A stretch of DNA of 64,000 bases, taken from NCBI RefSeq assembly GCF_009914755.1, contig NC_060938.1. The stretch is one strand, 5' to 3'. The translations under genes were made by a program, and so were the position numbers. Under the pieces are notes generated by a model. The model saw nothing but the letters and a program-made list of their open reading frames with translations, was not told the DNA's origin and did no database searches. Positions 14,377-27,998 of the stretch are shown here, in pieces. The stretch's first letter is position 1. Each line of letters opens with the position of its first letter. This stretch comes from the human T2T-CHM13v2.0 reference genome, Homo sapiens.

Positions 14377-15419
14377 GGTCAAAAAGGGAAATGTATAAAT
14401 GCATATCAATATGTTTGGAACTGTGTGTACCCAGCTTTATAACTGTGGTCATCTAAAATACCAGGGTAACAATCTAAGTCTTTTGATGAGATCAATCAAA
14501 AACCACCATGGGTCACCACAACATATGCACTTGCCCAAAGAGTTGAGATCTCAAGAAATTTTATCTTTCACAAATGTAGATGTACAAAAAGGACCTCTCT
14601 TCATTTATTGGGGAAGTTTCAACACTTTTACATACGTACACTATGCTTACACATGAAGTCAACTTTGTAATAATGCACTTCTGAGGAGTCAAATTTACAA
14701 AAAAAAAATGCGTAAAATGAATTAGAAGTCTCTAAAAGTCTCTACACAATTTATACCTTCAGTATTGGAAATTATGTGAAGATGAAATACATAACAATTT
14801 ATAAAAATAATGCTGAAAATTTAAAATAGTGAAGAAAAACTAAAAGAAAAGAAAAAAACTAAAAAGAAAATTCAGCCTATGAAAAAATATATGACGGGTA
14901 AATTATGGGCAATTACACAGAGATAGTCCATAAAATCTGGCCAACTTTCATAATTGTTAACTCTGTTTTAAAGTCTTGTATCCCAATGAATAGCTCCATT
15001 TTTTCTTTTCCGATGCGGCTCTCCTCAGGCAATACATTCACATTCATTTTCTACATGGCATTGTTCTTTTTGAGGTTCTTCTATTATTTGATATACACAC
15101 CCAAAATAATGCTTTGCCAGGTTTCTAGGTATCCCTTAATCCAGTCAAGCTGACACCTAAAATTAAATCCACAAGTCCAGCCCTTGTCAACTTGGCATCC
15201 ATATGTGGCTCCTTAAACCATGCTTAATAAAGACAATATAAAGACAATAACAGGGTAATAGTTCTACCTAACATGATGCAACTATCCTATGATTATGATT
15301 TTCTGGATTTTAGATATTAAGGAGTTTAAGGATTTAGACTTTAAGGATTTTGATCTTTCAGGATTTCAACATTTGAGATTATGGCGTTCAAGATTATGAT
15401 CCAAACCAATTCAAAGCTA

Positions 15420-15620
15420 CCTTCTCCCCACCCATTCAAAAGCTACATGATGTTGAATAAGGTAGTTAGCCTCTCTGTGCCTTAATTTCCTAACGGCAAA
15501 ACTGAGATAATAATAGTATGCAGCTTATAGGGCTGATTTTGGAGATTAAATGAGAATGTGTATATAAGATGCTTAGTACAGCTCTTAGGACATTGTAAGC
15601 TCTCAATAATGCCAGCTACT
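15420..15620 (+). mobile_element. MIR, 3' part (5' part probably ~13640-13680, split by Ricksha)
   Basis: tagcctctctgtgccttaatttcc...gagattaaatgagaatgtgtatataagatgcttag...taagctctcaataa. Confidence 0.75.
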
Positions 15621-16004
15621 TTTGAATCAATGAATACATTCTTTTTCTCTTTCTACAAAGTAAGTAACGGCATAAAAATGTATTTTATTCTCCTAGTCAC
15701 ATAAAACTCACTATTTTTATTTCACTAGTTTAACTGAATTTCTGCTAAGGCATTTATGATACAGCACATAAAAACTGCTCTTGAATGATCCTCCAATCTG
15801 AGGATTTACCATTGGCTTCATGACCAAATGGTCTGTAGAGCCTTCTGGGAACCTGACTCCTGGAAGCCCACACATAATGGAAGATTAGACCATACTCCTT
15901 GGCTTGTGCCAGGATCCATCTCAATCTAACCAGTAGTAAGATTTGACTTCATATTTCCTTTCACATAGCTCTTGTGAGCTATCCCTAACGATTGCTAGCA
16001 ATGT

Positions 16005-16105
16005 ACAAATTGTAAAGTCCATGGGGCAGATGACAGTGCTGTCTGTAGTATTCAACACAGAGCTTGGCACATAGCAGTTACTCAGTAAATTTTGGTAGAA
16101 TAAAT
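16005..16105 (+). mobile_element. L2 3' end
   Basis: ttgtaaagtccatggggcag...cacagagcttggcacatagcagttactcagtaaatttt. Confidence 0.65.
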
Positions 16106-17975
16106 GCCTGCACTCCCTGCACCTCCACTCCAATGCCTACCCCTAGGAAGCATCATTGGCACCATGCTGATCCCTATACACTTCAACCTTCTACCTGACC
16201 CACGTGCCCTAAGCAGGAATATTTTAGCATGAATAGTTCTTTCTAGACCTTTCAAGGCATGTAACTGAGGTGTTTAATCTGCCAGTCATAAAATGAAGAC
16301 TATAAAATAAATGTGCATTAAGAGACCAGTGTTCATATGGATACATTTCCTCAAGTAGACACTAATAAACAAAAATGTTTTTGTCACGTAGAGATTCAGC
16401 ACACTGACCAAGTTTCTCCGTTTGAATGTGAATGTATCCATCCAGACAGCTCAACACAGTATGAATTAGCAGAACTTACGGGTGTTTGTGTGTTTTTCAA
16501 ACCCTGCTTTAAGGATCTGTGATTTAATGTGCCTTTCAAAGCTGAAAATATATCCTACTGAGGTATAAAACAGAAAATAGATTTAAAATATAACAAAATA
16601 AAACAAAGCTAGTTTTGTTTCAGGGACACAGAAAGGTGCTAGAATTATTTACTGCTTTCTGGACTTTGCATTATGACCAAATTGATATTTTCCAGGTTTT
16701 TCATTAACTTAAAATGTTCTGAGGTAAACACATCATTTTCCATGATTAAATCCAAGCTGTTTCTGTAGCTTCCTTCTGAGCAGTTAAATATTAGACTGAG
16801 AGGTAAGCATTCTAATTGACTTCTTTGTTGAGGTAGCACGACAGAAAATGCATAGATTTCACCCAGCAACTGGACTGAGATTCTAACAGATACAGCAAGC
16901 AGAAGTTATAAAGTAGAATCACATGGTAAAATTTCCTAATCTAGAACTCTCACCTCCAGAACCAGAATTCATTGCACCGTATCTTAGAAATTCACACAGA
17001 GTCACCAAATTATAAAAAACTTGGAGTTGGCATACCTCACCCTCATACCTGTAACATCATCCCTCCATAGAAGGGCTCTTCAAGAATAAAGCTTCTACCA
17101 CCTCTTCTGGAATGGTTCTAGCTAGGTCCAAGTTACTGAAAATATAGCTCTCAGAATCCATGAGTATTTCAAATGTCCTTCTCTCTCTGAACTAGAAGTA
17201 TTAAATTAGCTTCTGTTAATAGCCAGTCTTTTAAAAGAGACGCAAGATCATAAGGATGAATAGAAAAGCCAATTCAGTACAGCCCTTTTTTCCTCTTCCT
17301 CTACATTCAACAACTTAGTCTTGGAGACAGGGACATCTCTAGGATGAGACTCCACTGGATTTTGTAAAGTCCATCTCGTGGACAAACACGGGATGCTATA
17401 AAACTAGCCCTCACTTGCCATCAATTTTAGATGCCCAGCTGGTCACCCAGCATGGCCTCGAGTAAATTATCTGGAGGAGATGGTGAAGAACACTCAACAC
17501 TGGAGTGCCCAGAACACTTTTCAAAAAAAACCCTTTCCCTGATCCTGGCTACCTGATTTGGTATGCAGCCAAATTTTAAATGCTCATTTCTTGGCCCTTA
17601 AATAGAGTTTGAATCACAAGCACAATCCCTATTCATTTATCTTATAATTGCATCCCCCATACCTTACATTCACCCAAGACAAGGCAGACCTTTTTTTACA
17701 ATGCTTGTCCAGAATGGATCCTTACTCTGACATTCTAAGACATTAGTATATATTGACTAATTAGAGTTCACAAACATTACTTGGTTCACACATATAGACA
17801 AAAACTTCTTAAGATTTCTGTGAATTTTTAAAAAATAACATTAATACAGGACAAAATATAAGTGGGAGACATTTTAAGGGAAGGGGGTGCATTTAAGATT
17901 ATTTCATCTTATATAATATACCTCACAAGAATGCCCACTGCACAAATGGGCAAATTTAATTGTTAAACAGTTCTT

Positions 17976-18106
17976 TGTTTTTGAGACAGAGTCTCTCTCT
18001 GTGGCCCAGGCTGGAGTGCAGTGGCGCAACCTCCGCTCACTGCAACCTCCGCCTCCCGAGTTCAAGTGATTCTCATGCCTCAGCCTCCTAAGTAGCTGGG
18101 ATTACA
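17976..18106 (-). mobile_element. 5'-truncated AluS right arm
   Basis: Bounded by TSD TTAAACAG(T/C)TCTT at 17963-17975 and 18107-18119. Confidence 0.92.
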
Positions 18107-18589
18107 TTAAACAGCTCTTAAAACTGAGATAAAATTACCTTTCCTAGGATGTTCAGCTTCTGCTCCTAATTCTGTTCTTTGAAATAAATCATGGTACCCT
18201 TTCTTATATGGAGACATTTTTCTAAGAAAAGTTTAATTCCTTGCTTGGCAACAGAGACTGCTCCTTTCAAAGTAAATCTGGAAATTTTAAATTAAGGCAT
18301 TTGATGAACAACGAACCAATCAATCAAAAACACTGAGTACCTATTAAATGCCAGGCACTGCATTCAACACTAAGGATAATCAGCAGTAATTAATCAATCT
18401 ATTCCTGAGGGATTGTTTTCCATTGGTTTTGTTGTTCCTATTTTGTAACGCCTGCTATGAAAAGAAAACGAATTAAGAAATAAATTAATTTGGGGGTAAA
18501 AAGAAAAAGTCACCAAAATAATGTAGTATGTGCTGGTTGCAAATGTAACCTGTAGGAAAAGTGGGCATAGGGAAAGGCTGCAAGGCATA

Positions 18590-18760
18590 TTCATTTGGCT
18601 CCTAGTAATTCCAGGTGTGTTATATTCATTATTTTATGTAATTCTTATCACAACTCTGTGTGATGAGTTTTACTCCCAGTTTACCAAAAAGGAAACTGAA
18701 GTTTTAAGAGGTTATTTGAATTGCCCACAATGATACACACCTGATCTAATTCCAAAGGCA
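18590..18760 (-). mobile_element. MIR fragment
   Basis: cacaactctgtg...tcccagtttaccaaaaaggaaactgaagttttaagaggttatttgaattgcccac. Confidence 0.6.
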
Positions 18761-20521
18761 TTATAAAGCTAATTCCTTTAGCTTTATAATACTCATCACT
18801 TACAAAGAAATCAATACCAGAGCATTACCACTTATCACAGGATTAAATACTGTATATGAATGGCTAATACTATGCCGCTCTCTGTGAGTTGTTTTATACA
18901 CAGACCAACCAAAAAACATAATTATTTCTTTTTTAGCTTTAAAACATTCTTAAGCCATTGACTTGCAATATAATAATTGTGTATAATTTGCAATGCCATA
19001 AATATTATTTGATGTTTCCAAGTTGGCACGTCAGTAAACGCTTATAGAATGGTAATTCATAGTCAAAAATTTCAAAGAGAACATGCTGTGGCAGAGAACC
19101 TCTGGGAGAGAAAAATTATATGGCCATGTATTTTTCAGGAAATCTTAAGCCTATTAAAATCTATGAGTGTCGGGGAGGGTGAAAGTAAATTTGGGGGAAA
19201 GCAAGTTGCCTCACTGCACCCCTTTAGAGATGCGGGGGTTCTCTTACAGTAGAATTGTAGCTAAGGGAGTCCTGGTTGGTCTCATTTGGGTGGTTCCATT
19301 TAACTCTGACCAGGATTTTGTCTAACTTTCCTGTTTCTTTGCTGACTGGCTGCCTCTTACAGGAGATGGCTTAGGTCAGGCCACTCCCCGGCCCCATTTT
19401 CCCATGGTATTTATTTCTGCCACATTCTAAAAACAACCACCTTACCAGTGTGTTCAGGACCCTCCTCGCATTTTCCAGTGATGGGAGACAGATCCAGCTC
19501 TGCTCAGAGTCCAGGCACTTATGTTGCAATGTAAAAGAAGGGATGACAGAGAAATGTGGTTTTGCTCAATGTGCCATGCCATCTGTGACATTTGCCATGC
19601 AGACCTACACATTCCTCTTGGAGGGCAAGGTTGCTCACCATTTTTCTGACTCCATAATTATTTCCGATATGGGTGCCTGCAATTAACCTCATGTCTTGAC
19701 ATTACACATGGGAAGTGTGCAGAAAGGCCCAGTGGTGTTCTTAACTGGATCTTCTATCACAAACAAACAGCCAAGATGTGTGCAGATGCATGTTTTCAAC
19801 TTCCCTCCACAGTAGAACACTTGAATGGGTCCTTTGTGTTAAAATCTCTTTTAAAGGCTTTAAAAGTGCAATATGAAATTAAAGGAAAGGAGTTCAACTT
19901 ACAGATCTTTGCATTCAGCCCTGCAGAACATCTGCCTCGTTTTTATCTTAGAGGTCTTAGAGCTCTTAGAGGTCACATTATGAGGTGGCACAAGCAAAAC
20001 CAAAATGGACCACGTAAGAATGCCAAATATAAGGCACAGCCCTGCATCCCCGGGAGCTCTGGTCAGGAGTGGTTCTGAGTGCTGAATGATGAAATAGTAT
20101 CATCCAGCTCCACTCGTCTCTAGCCCACCAGCACCAGCTCCTTCCCTCGATAATCGTTGCTCTAGGAGGCTTTTTTTGGTCAAAACAGTAATTCTCATAG
20201 TCTGTGCATTCTTACTTACCTGACTCAGTCTCAGCTTGCAACCACAAAAGGCCCAATTGCTTTCTTGCCAGCAGAACAGCTATATCGGGTTGATGGAGTA
20301 AAATGGAAATGATATTTGTTGGCTATTGGTACCAAAATGTTCCTTGGTAGGTCCTGGGAATAGGTGTAGAGGTTAAGGTGTTCATTCACTTCAAAACCTT
20401 GGCACATTTCTACTATCATCCAGGGTTTGAGCACAGAAAAGAAAGTGGAACACAGTAAGAATGTATGCAGTAAAAGCTACATCTGATTCACAAATCACTT
20501 CCGCAGAAAATGTATTTATTG

Positions 20522-20960
20522 GGGTGCTTTTGGCTGTAACAGAACCTGTTTAAGCTAACTAAAGCTAATAATAATAATAGATTATGTGGACAGCGAGTAT
20601 CTCACTGAGCTTAGAGCTGGGATGCAGCTGGGCCTTAAAAATAAGGAATTGCCATGTTCTAGTCTAGGGAACCCTCAACATCCTCTCTTTCTTTTGTCTT
20701 TTATTCTCTCTCACTGCAAAGCTGCATTCTCTCTGATTTAACTGCAAGGTAAAAAAAGCGTCACCAACCAACACCTTCTGAATTTACCCCTTCTCTGTTT
20801 AAAAGAACAGCCAGGTGAACCTGAAATTTCTTGGTCCTAATTCCAAGTGTGTTTAAGGGGCCTCCTTGGTCAGTTTCCCAGCCCTGGTTCAATTACTTGG
20901 GGCAGGGAGGTCAGGTCACATTGCTTAAATATGGCTTGCAGGAGCCCAGCGATTGTAACC
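20522..20960 (-). mobile_element. Old MaLR LTR (MLT1K/L/M-like)
   Basis: Antisense LTR end gggtgcttttggctgtaacagaacc...agctaactaaagc; later cttggtcagtttcccagccctggttcaattacttggggcaggg. Confidence 0.45.
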
Positions 20961-22174
20961 ATGCAGATGGGAGTGGGCTAGGCAGTGGAGAGGGGACAGT
21001 TACCACAAAAGTGAGGGTGCAGGAGAGACAACCCAAAGGATACTAATACATATATTCTTGACTTGACTGTCTATCCCACCCACCAACTTTTTTTTCAGTA
21101 GTAGGGTTCTCATTTGCAGATGAAGAAACTGAATTTCAGAGGGATTACACAGGTAGTAAAGGTAAAACCAAAAGTAGAATCAAGTTCTTCTCAGTTTCTT
21201 CATCAGCCCTTATGAGTCTTACTTTAAACACAAAGGAGAAAAACAGAAGACAAAGTTAAAAAAAAAAATAACAGCAACAACAATAAAAAAACAAAAAACA
21301 CAGCACCTACCCCATCTTAAGAACATTTTAAATTTAATTGTAGACACAAGACAGATGCTCAAGAAAATAGTTTAATAACATTTTGGAAGTAATGCATAAA
21401 TGCTACAAACTATTTAAAGAGGAAGATAGAGTCAAAAGCAACTAAAGTCAATCAGAAAGAACAACTTTGGATTCTTGTTTAGAAGGAACTTCAGAGAGAG
21501 TTTGGAAGAACATTTCAGATATAAGAAATGAGTGAAGTTACAGGTTACCAGCAGCAATTTATGTATCAATACTGCAGATGTGATTTACTCATCCCTCTAA
21601 TATTTGCAAGAAGGCAAGGCTCATATTTTCAAAGCAATAAAAAAGGATAAAAGTAAAACAAGAATAAATCTAGAATTCTAGATTTCCAGATTTCCAAGCA
21701 AGTCCAGAGCACTGCCTCCAGCCTACCAGTCTCCTCCTCAAAGATAGCCAGTTTCCTAGAATTACTGGGTTTTCTGAGGCAGCTCACCACGAAAGTGCTA
21801 TTTTAATCTCGAGCTCAATAGGATTAAAGCAGAAATCCTTCTCAGATCATCCACTGAATAGGATTCCTTTTGTTTTCACATCACTGCTCTCAAAACTAAT
21901 TACTTCTACCAAAAAGTAATTCTACATGAATATTTGTGACCCATTTCCAATGCCATTTTCAGGACTCAGATTTGAATAAGGTAAAGTGCCCAATTATAGT
22001 GGAACTCACCTGAACAGTCAGTAATTTGGTCTGTTATCTCATCACACATTGTGGTCACATAGACCCAACCAAAACCCCAAGATGGAAAATCAGGGATTCT
22101 GGCTCCAGATTCAGGCTTTCAAGTCACCAAGTGACTTGAGGGAAGCTCTTTAACCTTCCAAGGCTTCAATGCTT

Positions 22175-23490
22175 TTCCACTCAGTTATCATCAAATATCT
22201 TTTGAGTTACCACTGCGTGCCAGGTTCTGTTCTGGGCTCAGGAAGTACACTAGAAGCCAAGCAAAAAAAAGTTCCCTGCCCATGTGGAATTTACATTCTA
22301 TTGGCAAAAGACAGAAAATAAATATAAGTAAGTAAATTATATAAAATGTTAGAGGACGGCAAGTACTATGAAAAAAATTAAAACAAAGAAAGAAATATGG
22401 AGAGGAAAGGGATTATTATAATTTAACATAACATGACAAGGGTAGGCTTCAATGACTAAGTGCCAATTGAAGGATATAGGTGAATTGAAGGATGCAGCCA
22501 TGCAGACATCTAGGGGAAGGACATTTCAGACAGAGAGACAGCCAGTGCAAAGGTCCTGAGGTGGAAGCATGCTTGGCATGATTGAAGAACAGCAAAAACA
22601 CTGCTGGAGAAACAGTCAGAATAGGCAAGTAATATTATAGAAAATACGGTTGCTGGGCAATGAAAGAGCAGACAGCACAGAACCTTGTGAGGATTTTGGC
22701 TTTTACTTTGGGTGAAACAAAGGGCCATTGAAGAGATTACAACCGAGTGATATGATCTAAAGCTAGATTTGAACAGAGGCACTCTGGCTAATATATTAGG
22801 ATTCAACTTCAAGGGGACAGGAAGATGAGTTAAGAGTGACCTGTTTGCCCAGAATAATTTTGGGCAATGTGTTTCAATGCAATTGCTAATGCCCTTCTCC
22901 CTTTGAGTCTTCAAAATTATCATCCTGATTAAGAGGACACACTACTGGAATAATTCAGATGAGAAATGATGATGGTATGAGACAGGCTAATAATGATGAA
23001 AGAGAAGTGGTTCGATTCAAAATATATTTGGATGGGAGAACCTACAGGATTTCTTGGTGGATCTGATGCATGCCATAAGAAAAAAAAAGAATAGTCAAGG
23101 ATGACTAAGATATTTGGGTCCTAGCAACTGGAAGGACAGAGTTGCCATTAAATACGATAGAATAGACTTTGCAGAAGTCCCAGAGTCTCATTTGAGGCGT
23201 GCAAACTCTGAGCAATCTCTTAGATTTCCCAGAAAGGTGTCAATTAGGCAGTTGGAAATATGACTGGAGTTCCAAAGGGAGATCTGGCCTGGAGGTATAA
23301 GTTTGTGAATCAAGAGTGCACAGATGGAATTAAAAGCTATAAGATTAGAAAGAATCATCAAATAATATGAGTGTGGAAAGAGGAGAGGTCCAAGGACAGA
23401 GTCCTAAAGAGCCTAGATGGTAGAAAAAGAGTAGAATCCAGCAAAGGAGATTGAGAAGAGCAGCCAGAGAGGTAGGAGGACAACCAGGCA
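22175..23490 (-). mobile_element. LINE-2 (L2a-like), ~1.3 kb
   Basis: tgcgtgccagg...ccctgcccatgtggaatttacattcta; ccagtgcaaaggtcctgagg; gtcaaggatgact; caattaggcagttgga. Confidence 0.8.
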
Positions 23491-24254
23491 TTTCTTCATC
23501 TTTACAATAAATGGGTTGCACTACACCACCAGTGATTTTCTCTTTTATTTTTTTGTAACTACAGTCCAATAAGTACATTAGGAACAGCCATATAAAAAGG
23601 TGGACTGCAAGAAGCAGACAGACAAGGTGAATTCCAGTCTCCATCTCAGTTCAGCCAGAGCCGATCTGTGTTTTCTTGCTCCAAATAATGGACTTACTCC
23701 AAATAATGGACTTACTGCATAAGACTTCATTTATGGAAAAACTGTTAGAGAATGAGAGGAGGTAGATTCCTGCTGCCTAAAACATGAAACCCATTGCCCT
23801 GGATAATCTTTAAAGCCTACGGTTCTTTCCAGCTCTAAAATGTGTTTGATTCTACCCGATTCTAACAAAGAAAGAATTTTTTAATATCTAAAGCTACTTA
23901 CTACAGTCACCTGGGAGACTTAAGGAAGAGATGGGGCAATTGTATTTTTTCTCTTGCCTGAGATTACCTGTTTGTTTTAGAAATTAAGTCATATGAAAAC
24001 AGGAAGAAAAAAATAACAATTGACCTTGAGGAGTGGGAAGTCAGTTACGTTTTAAATATGAATCCAGGAAATGTTTTATTAAACAGCTAAGGCATTTACC
24101 GGCTTAGACTAGAGAATAATCCTACTCTAAATCCCACTAGCCTCATGAGTATTCCATTTATCTAAGAAAGCCACAGAAGCACATTCCAAGAAAGTTTCTT
24201 GCTGTATTACACTGACAGTGTAAAAGTAATACATGCTTTACCCACAATTGTTAA

Positions 24255-24500
24255 TAATAATAATAAGTAGTTACTGTTTGCCATGCATTAAATGTGCACC
24301 AGGAATGGTGCCAAACTCTTTTTCACTCAACTTTCACAATCCCAAGGTAGTTGTTGTTAGGCACTCAATGAATATTTGTCGAAAGAATATCATGACTGAG
24401 TCTAAGAACAGTTAACTTGCCCAGAGTTACCTAGCCGGATAAGGATTAAATCCCAGGGCTCTCTTAGCTCCAATGCGTGTTCTTAATCACAGTACTTTGA
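24255..24500 (-). mobile_element. MIR fragment
   Basis: actgagtctaagaacagttaacttgcccagagttacctagc...ggattaaatcccagg. Confidence 0.55.
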
Positions 24501-24526
24501 TTAATTCACCAGATTTTAATATTCAA

Positions 24527-24896
24527 TGTGATGGATGCTGGGGTATGCTCCATGTAGCTCCTCTGAATTCCCCTAGCTGGCAGAAGCATAGGCTACTGAT
24601 GGCTCATAGCTGAGTCTCTCTTTGGATGGTCCTTTCTGCCAAAAGGATCTGCCCCATCAGAGATTGCTTCCCCTCCTCAGAGAGACCTATAATCCATAAT
24701 TGATAGATGCATGGCCCAGTCACTTGCTTCAATTCTAGGCCCTTCTGAAGGGCCATGCCAGCTCCAAAACTCCCAGATCAATTCTCACCCTGCCAATCCT
24801 GCTTTTTTTCATTCTCCACAAAACCACTCCTCAGTAAACCTCTCACACACAAATCTCTGTCTCAGGGTCTGTGTCCTTGGGTACCCAACAATGACA
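24527..24896 (+). mobile_element. LTR16-family ERVL solo LTR
   Basis: TG...CA ends; ggctcatagctgagtc, tctgaagggccatgccagctcc, cactcctcagtaaacctc...aatctctgtctcagggtctg. Confidence 0.75.
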
Positions 24897-25056
24897 TTGA
24901 CATCTGAGATCTGCTTCACCTATTCTTTCTATTCATTTAATAATCAGAAAATGTTTACTGAGCCCCAAGTATATGTTTGGTTTCTTCTTTTGAGTACTGC
25001 CTTTCATAACATTTGTGTATTTTCTATCAGTCTTGTTTTAAAATTTACAGTTCTTC

Positions 25057-25280
25057 GATGAAAACACATGGACACATGGCAGGGGTACCAAACACACACT
25101 GGGGCCTATTGGGGCGGCAGGGGAGAGAGAGCATCAGGAAGAACAGCTAATGGATGCTGGGCTTAATTCCTAGGTGATGGGTTGATCTGTGCAGCAAACC
25201 ACTATGGCACATGTTTACCTGTGCAACAAACCTGCACATCCTGCATATATACCCTGGAACTTAAAATAAAAGTTGATTTT
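25057..25280 (+). mobile_element. L1PA (old, PA13-16-like) 3' UTR fragment
   Basis: acacatggacac...gagagcatcaggaagaacagctaatggatgctgggcttaa...aacctgcacatcctgca...acttaaaataaaagt. Confidence 0.85.
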
Positions 25281-25467
25281 TAAAACATATATAGTTCTTT
25301 TACACATTCTGAATACTATCTTTGTATTATTTGCATTGTGTATCTATCTCTCTGTTTCTTTTAACATTACTGCATCTTTTGTTATATAAAAGTCTTTATT
25401 TTGGGATTGCCGAATGTATGGATCTTTTGTGGCTCTTTCATACTTGTACTTCATGCATCTTCCCTAT

Positions 25468-26450
<983 letters not shown>

Positions 26451-26457
26451 GGTCTGA

Positions 26458-27998
26458 TTCTTCCAGAACTAGAAAAAATTATTTTAATATTTATAAGGAA
26501 CCAAAAAAGAGCCCGAATAGTCAAGGCAGTCCTAAGCAAATCGAACAAAGCTGGAGGAATCACGTTACCCGACTTCAAACTATATTACAAGGCTACAGTG
26601 ACCAAAACTATACTAAAAGGCTACAGTAACCAAAACTGTACTGGTACAAAAACAGACACATAGACCAATGGAACAGAATAAAGAGCCCAGAAATCAGGTT
26701 GCACATCTATGACCATCTAATCTTTGACAAAGCTGACAAAAACAAGCAATGAGGAAAAGACACAATTCAATAAATGGTGGTGGGATAACTGGCTAGCCAT
26801 ATGCAGAAGAGTGAAGCTTGGACCCCTTCCTTTCATCATATATAAAAATCAACTCAAGATGGATTAAAGAGTTAAACATAAAACCCAAAACTATAAAAAT
26901 CCTAGAAGGCAACCTAGGCAATACCATCCTGAACCTAGGAGTACGCAAAGATTTCATGACAAAGATACCAAAAGCAATTGCAACAAAAGTTTAAAAAATG
27001 ACAAGTGGAATGTTATTCAACTTTAGAGCTCTGTACAGTAAAAGAAACTATCAACAGAGTAAACAGACAAGCTACAGAATGGGAGAAACTATGCGTTTAA
27101 CAAGGGTCTAATATCCAGCATCTACAAGGAACTTAAACAAATTTACTAGAGAAAAACAACCCCATTAAAAAGTGGGCAAAGAACATGAACAGACACTTCT
27201 CAAAAGAAAACATACATGCAGCCAACAAGCACATGAGAAAAAGCTCAGTATCACTGATCATTAGAGAAATGCAAATCAAAACCACAATGAGATACCATCT
27301 CACACCAATCAGAATGGCTATTACTAAAAAGACAAAAATAACAGATGCTGGTAAGGCTGAAGAGAAAAGGGAACCCATATACACTGTTGGTGGGAGTATA
27401 AATTAGTTCAACCATTGTGGAAAGCAGTATGGTGATTCCTCAAGGAGCTGAAAGCAGAACCATCATTCAACCCATCCAACCCATTACTGCTTATATACCC
27501 AGAATAATATAAAGCATTCTACCATGAAGACACATACACGCAAATGATCACTGCAACACTGTTCACAATAGCAAAGACATAGAATCAACCTAAATGCCTG
27601 TCAATAACAGACTGGATAAAGACAATGTGCTACATATACACCATAAAATATTATGCAGCCACAAAAAAAGAACGAGATTATGTCTTTTTCAAGAACATGG
27701 ATGGAGCTAGAGGCTATTACCCTTAGCAAATTGATGCAGAAACAGAAAACCAAATACTAAATGTTCTCACTTATAAGTGGGAATTAAATGATAAGAACTT
27801 ATAAACACAAAGAAGAAAACAGCAGACATTGGGGTCTACTTGAGGGGGGAAGGTGAGAGGAGGGAGAGAAGCAGAAAAGGTAACTATTGGGTACTGAGCT
27901 TAATACCTGGGCAATGTAGCAATAAACTCTCGTGATATGTGTTTATCTATGTAACAAACCTCCACATGTACCCCCAAACCTAAAATAAAAATTAAAAG
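26458..27998 (+). mobile_element. 5'-truncated L1PA13-16-like element
   Basis: Degraded ORF2 C-terminus (track 27185-27406 [17 protein letters not shown]...), 3' UTR and A-tail; TSD AAAAGAAAG(G/A)TCTGA at 26443-26457 and 27999-28013. Confidence 0.92.

Noticed and set aside
22004-22012. Isolated perfect minus-strand donor CAG|GTGAGT (similar at 39269)
   Set aside because: GTRAGT is expected dozens of times per strand by chance; the implied exons are repeat-derived or have stops
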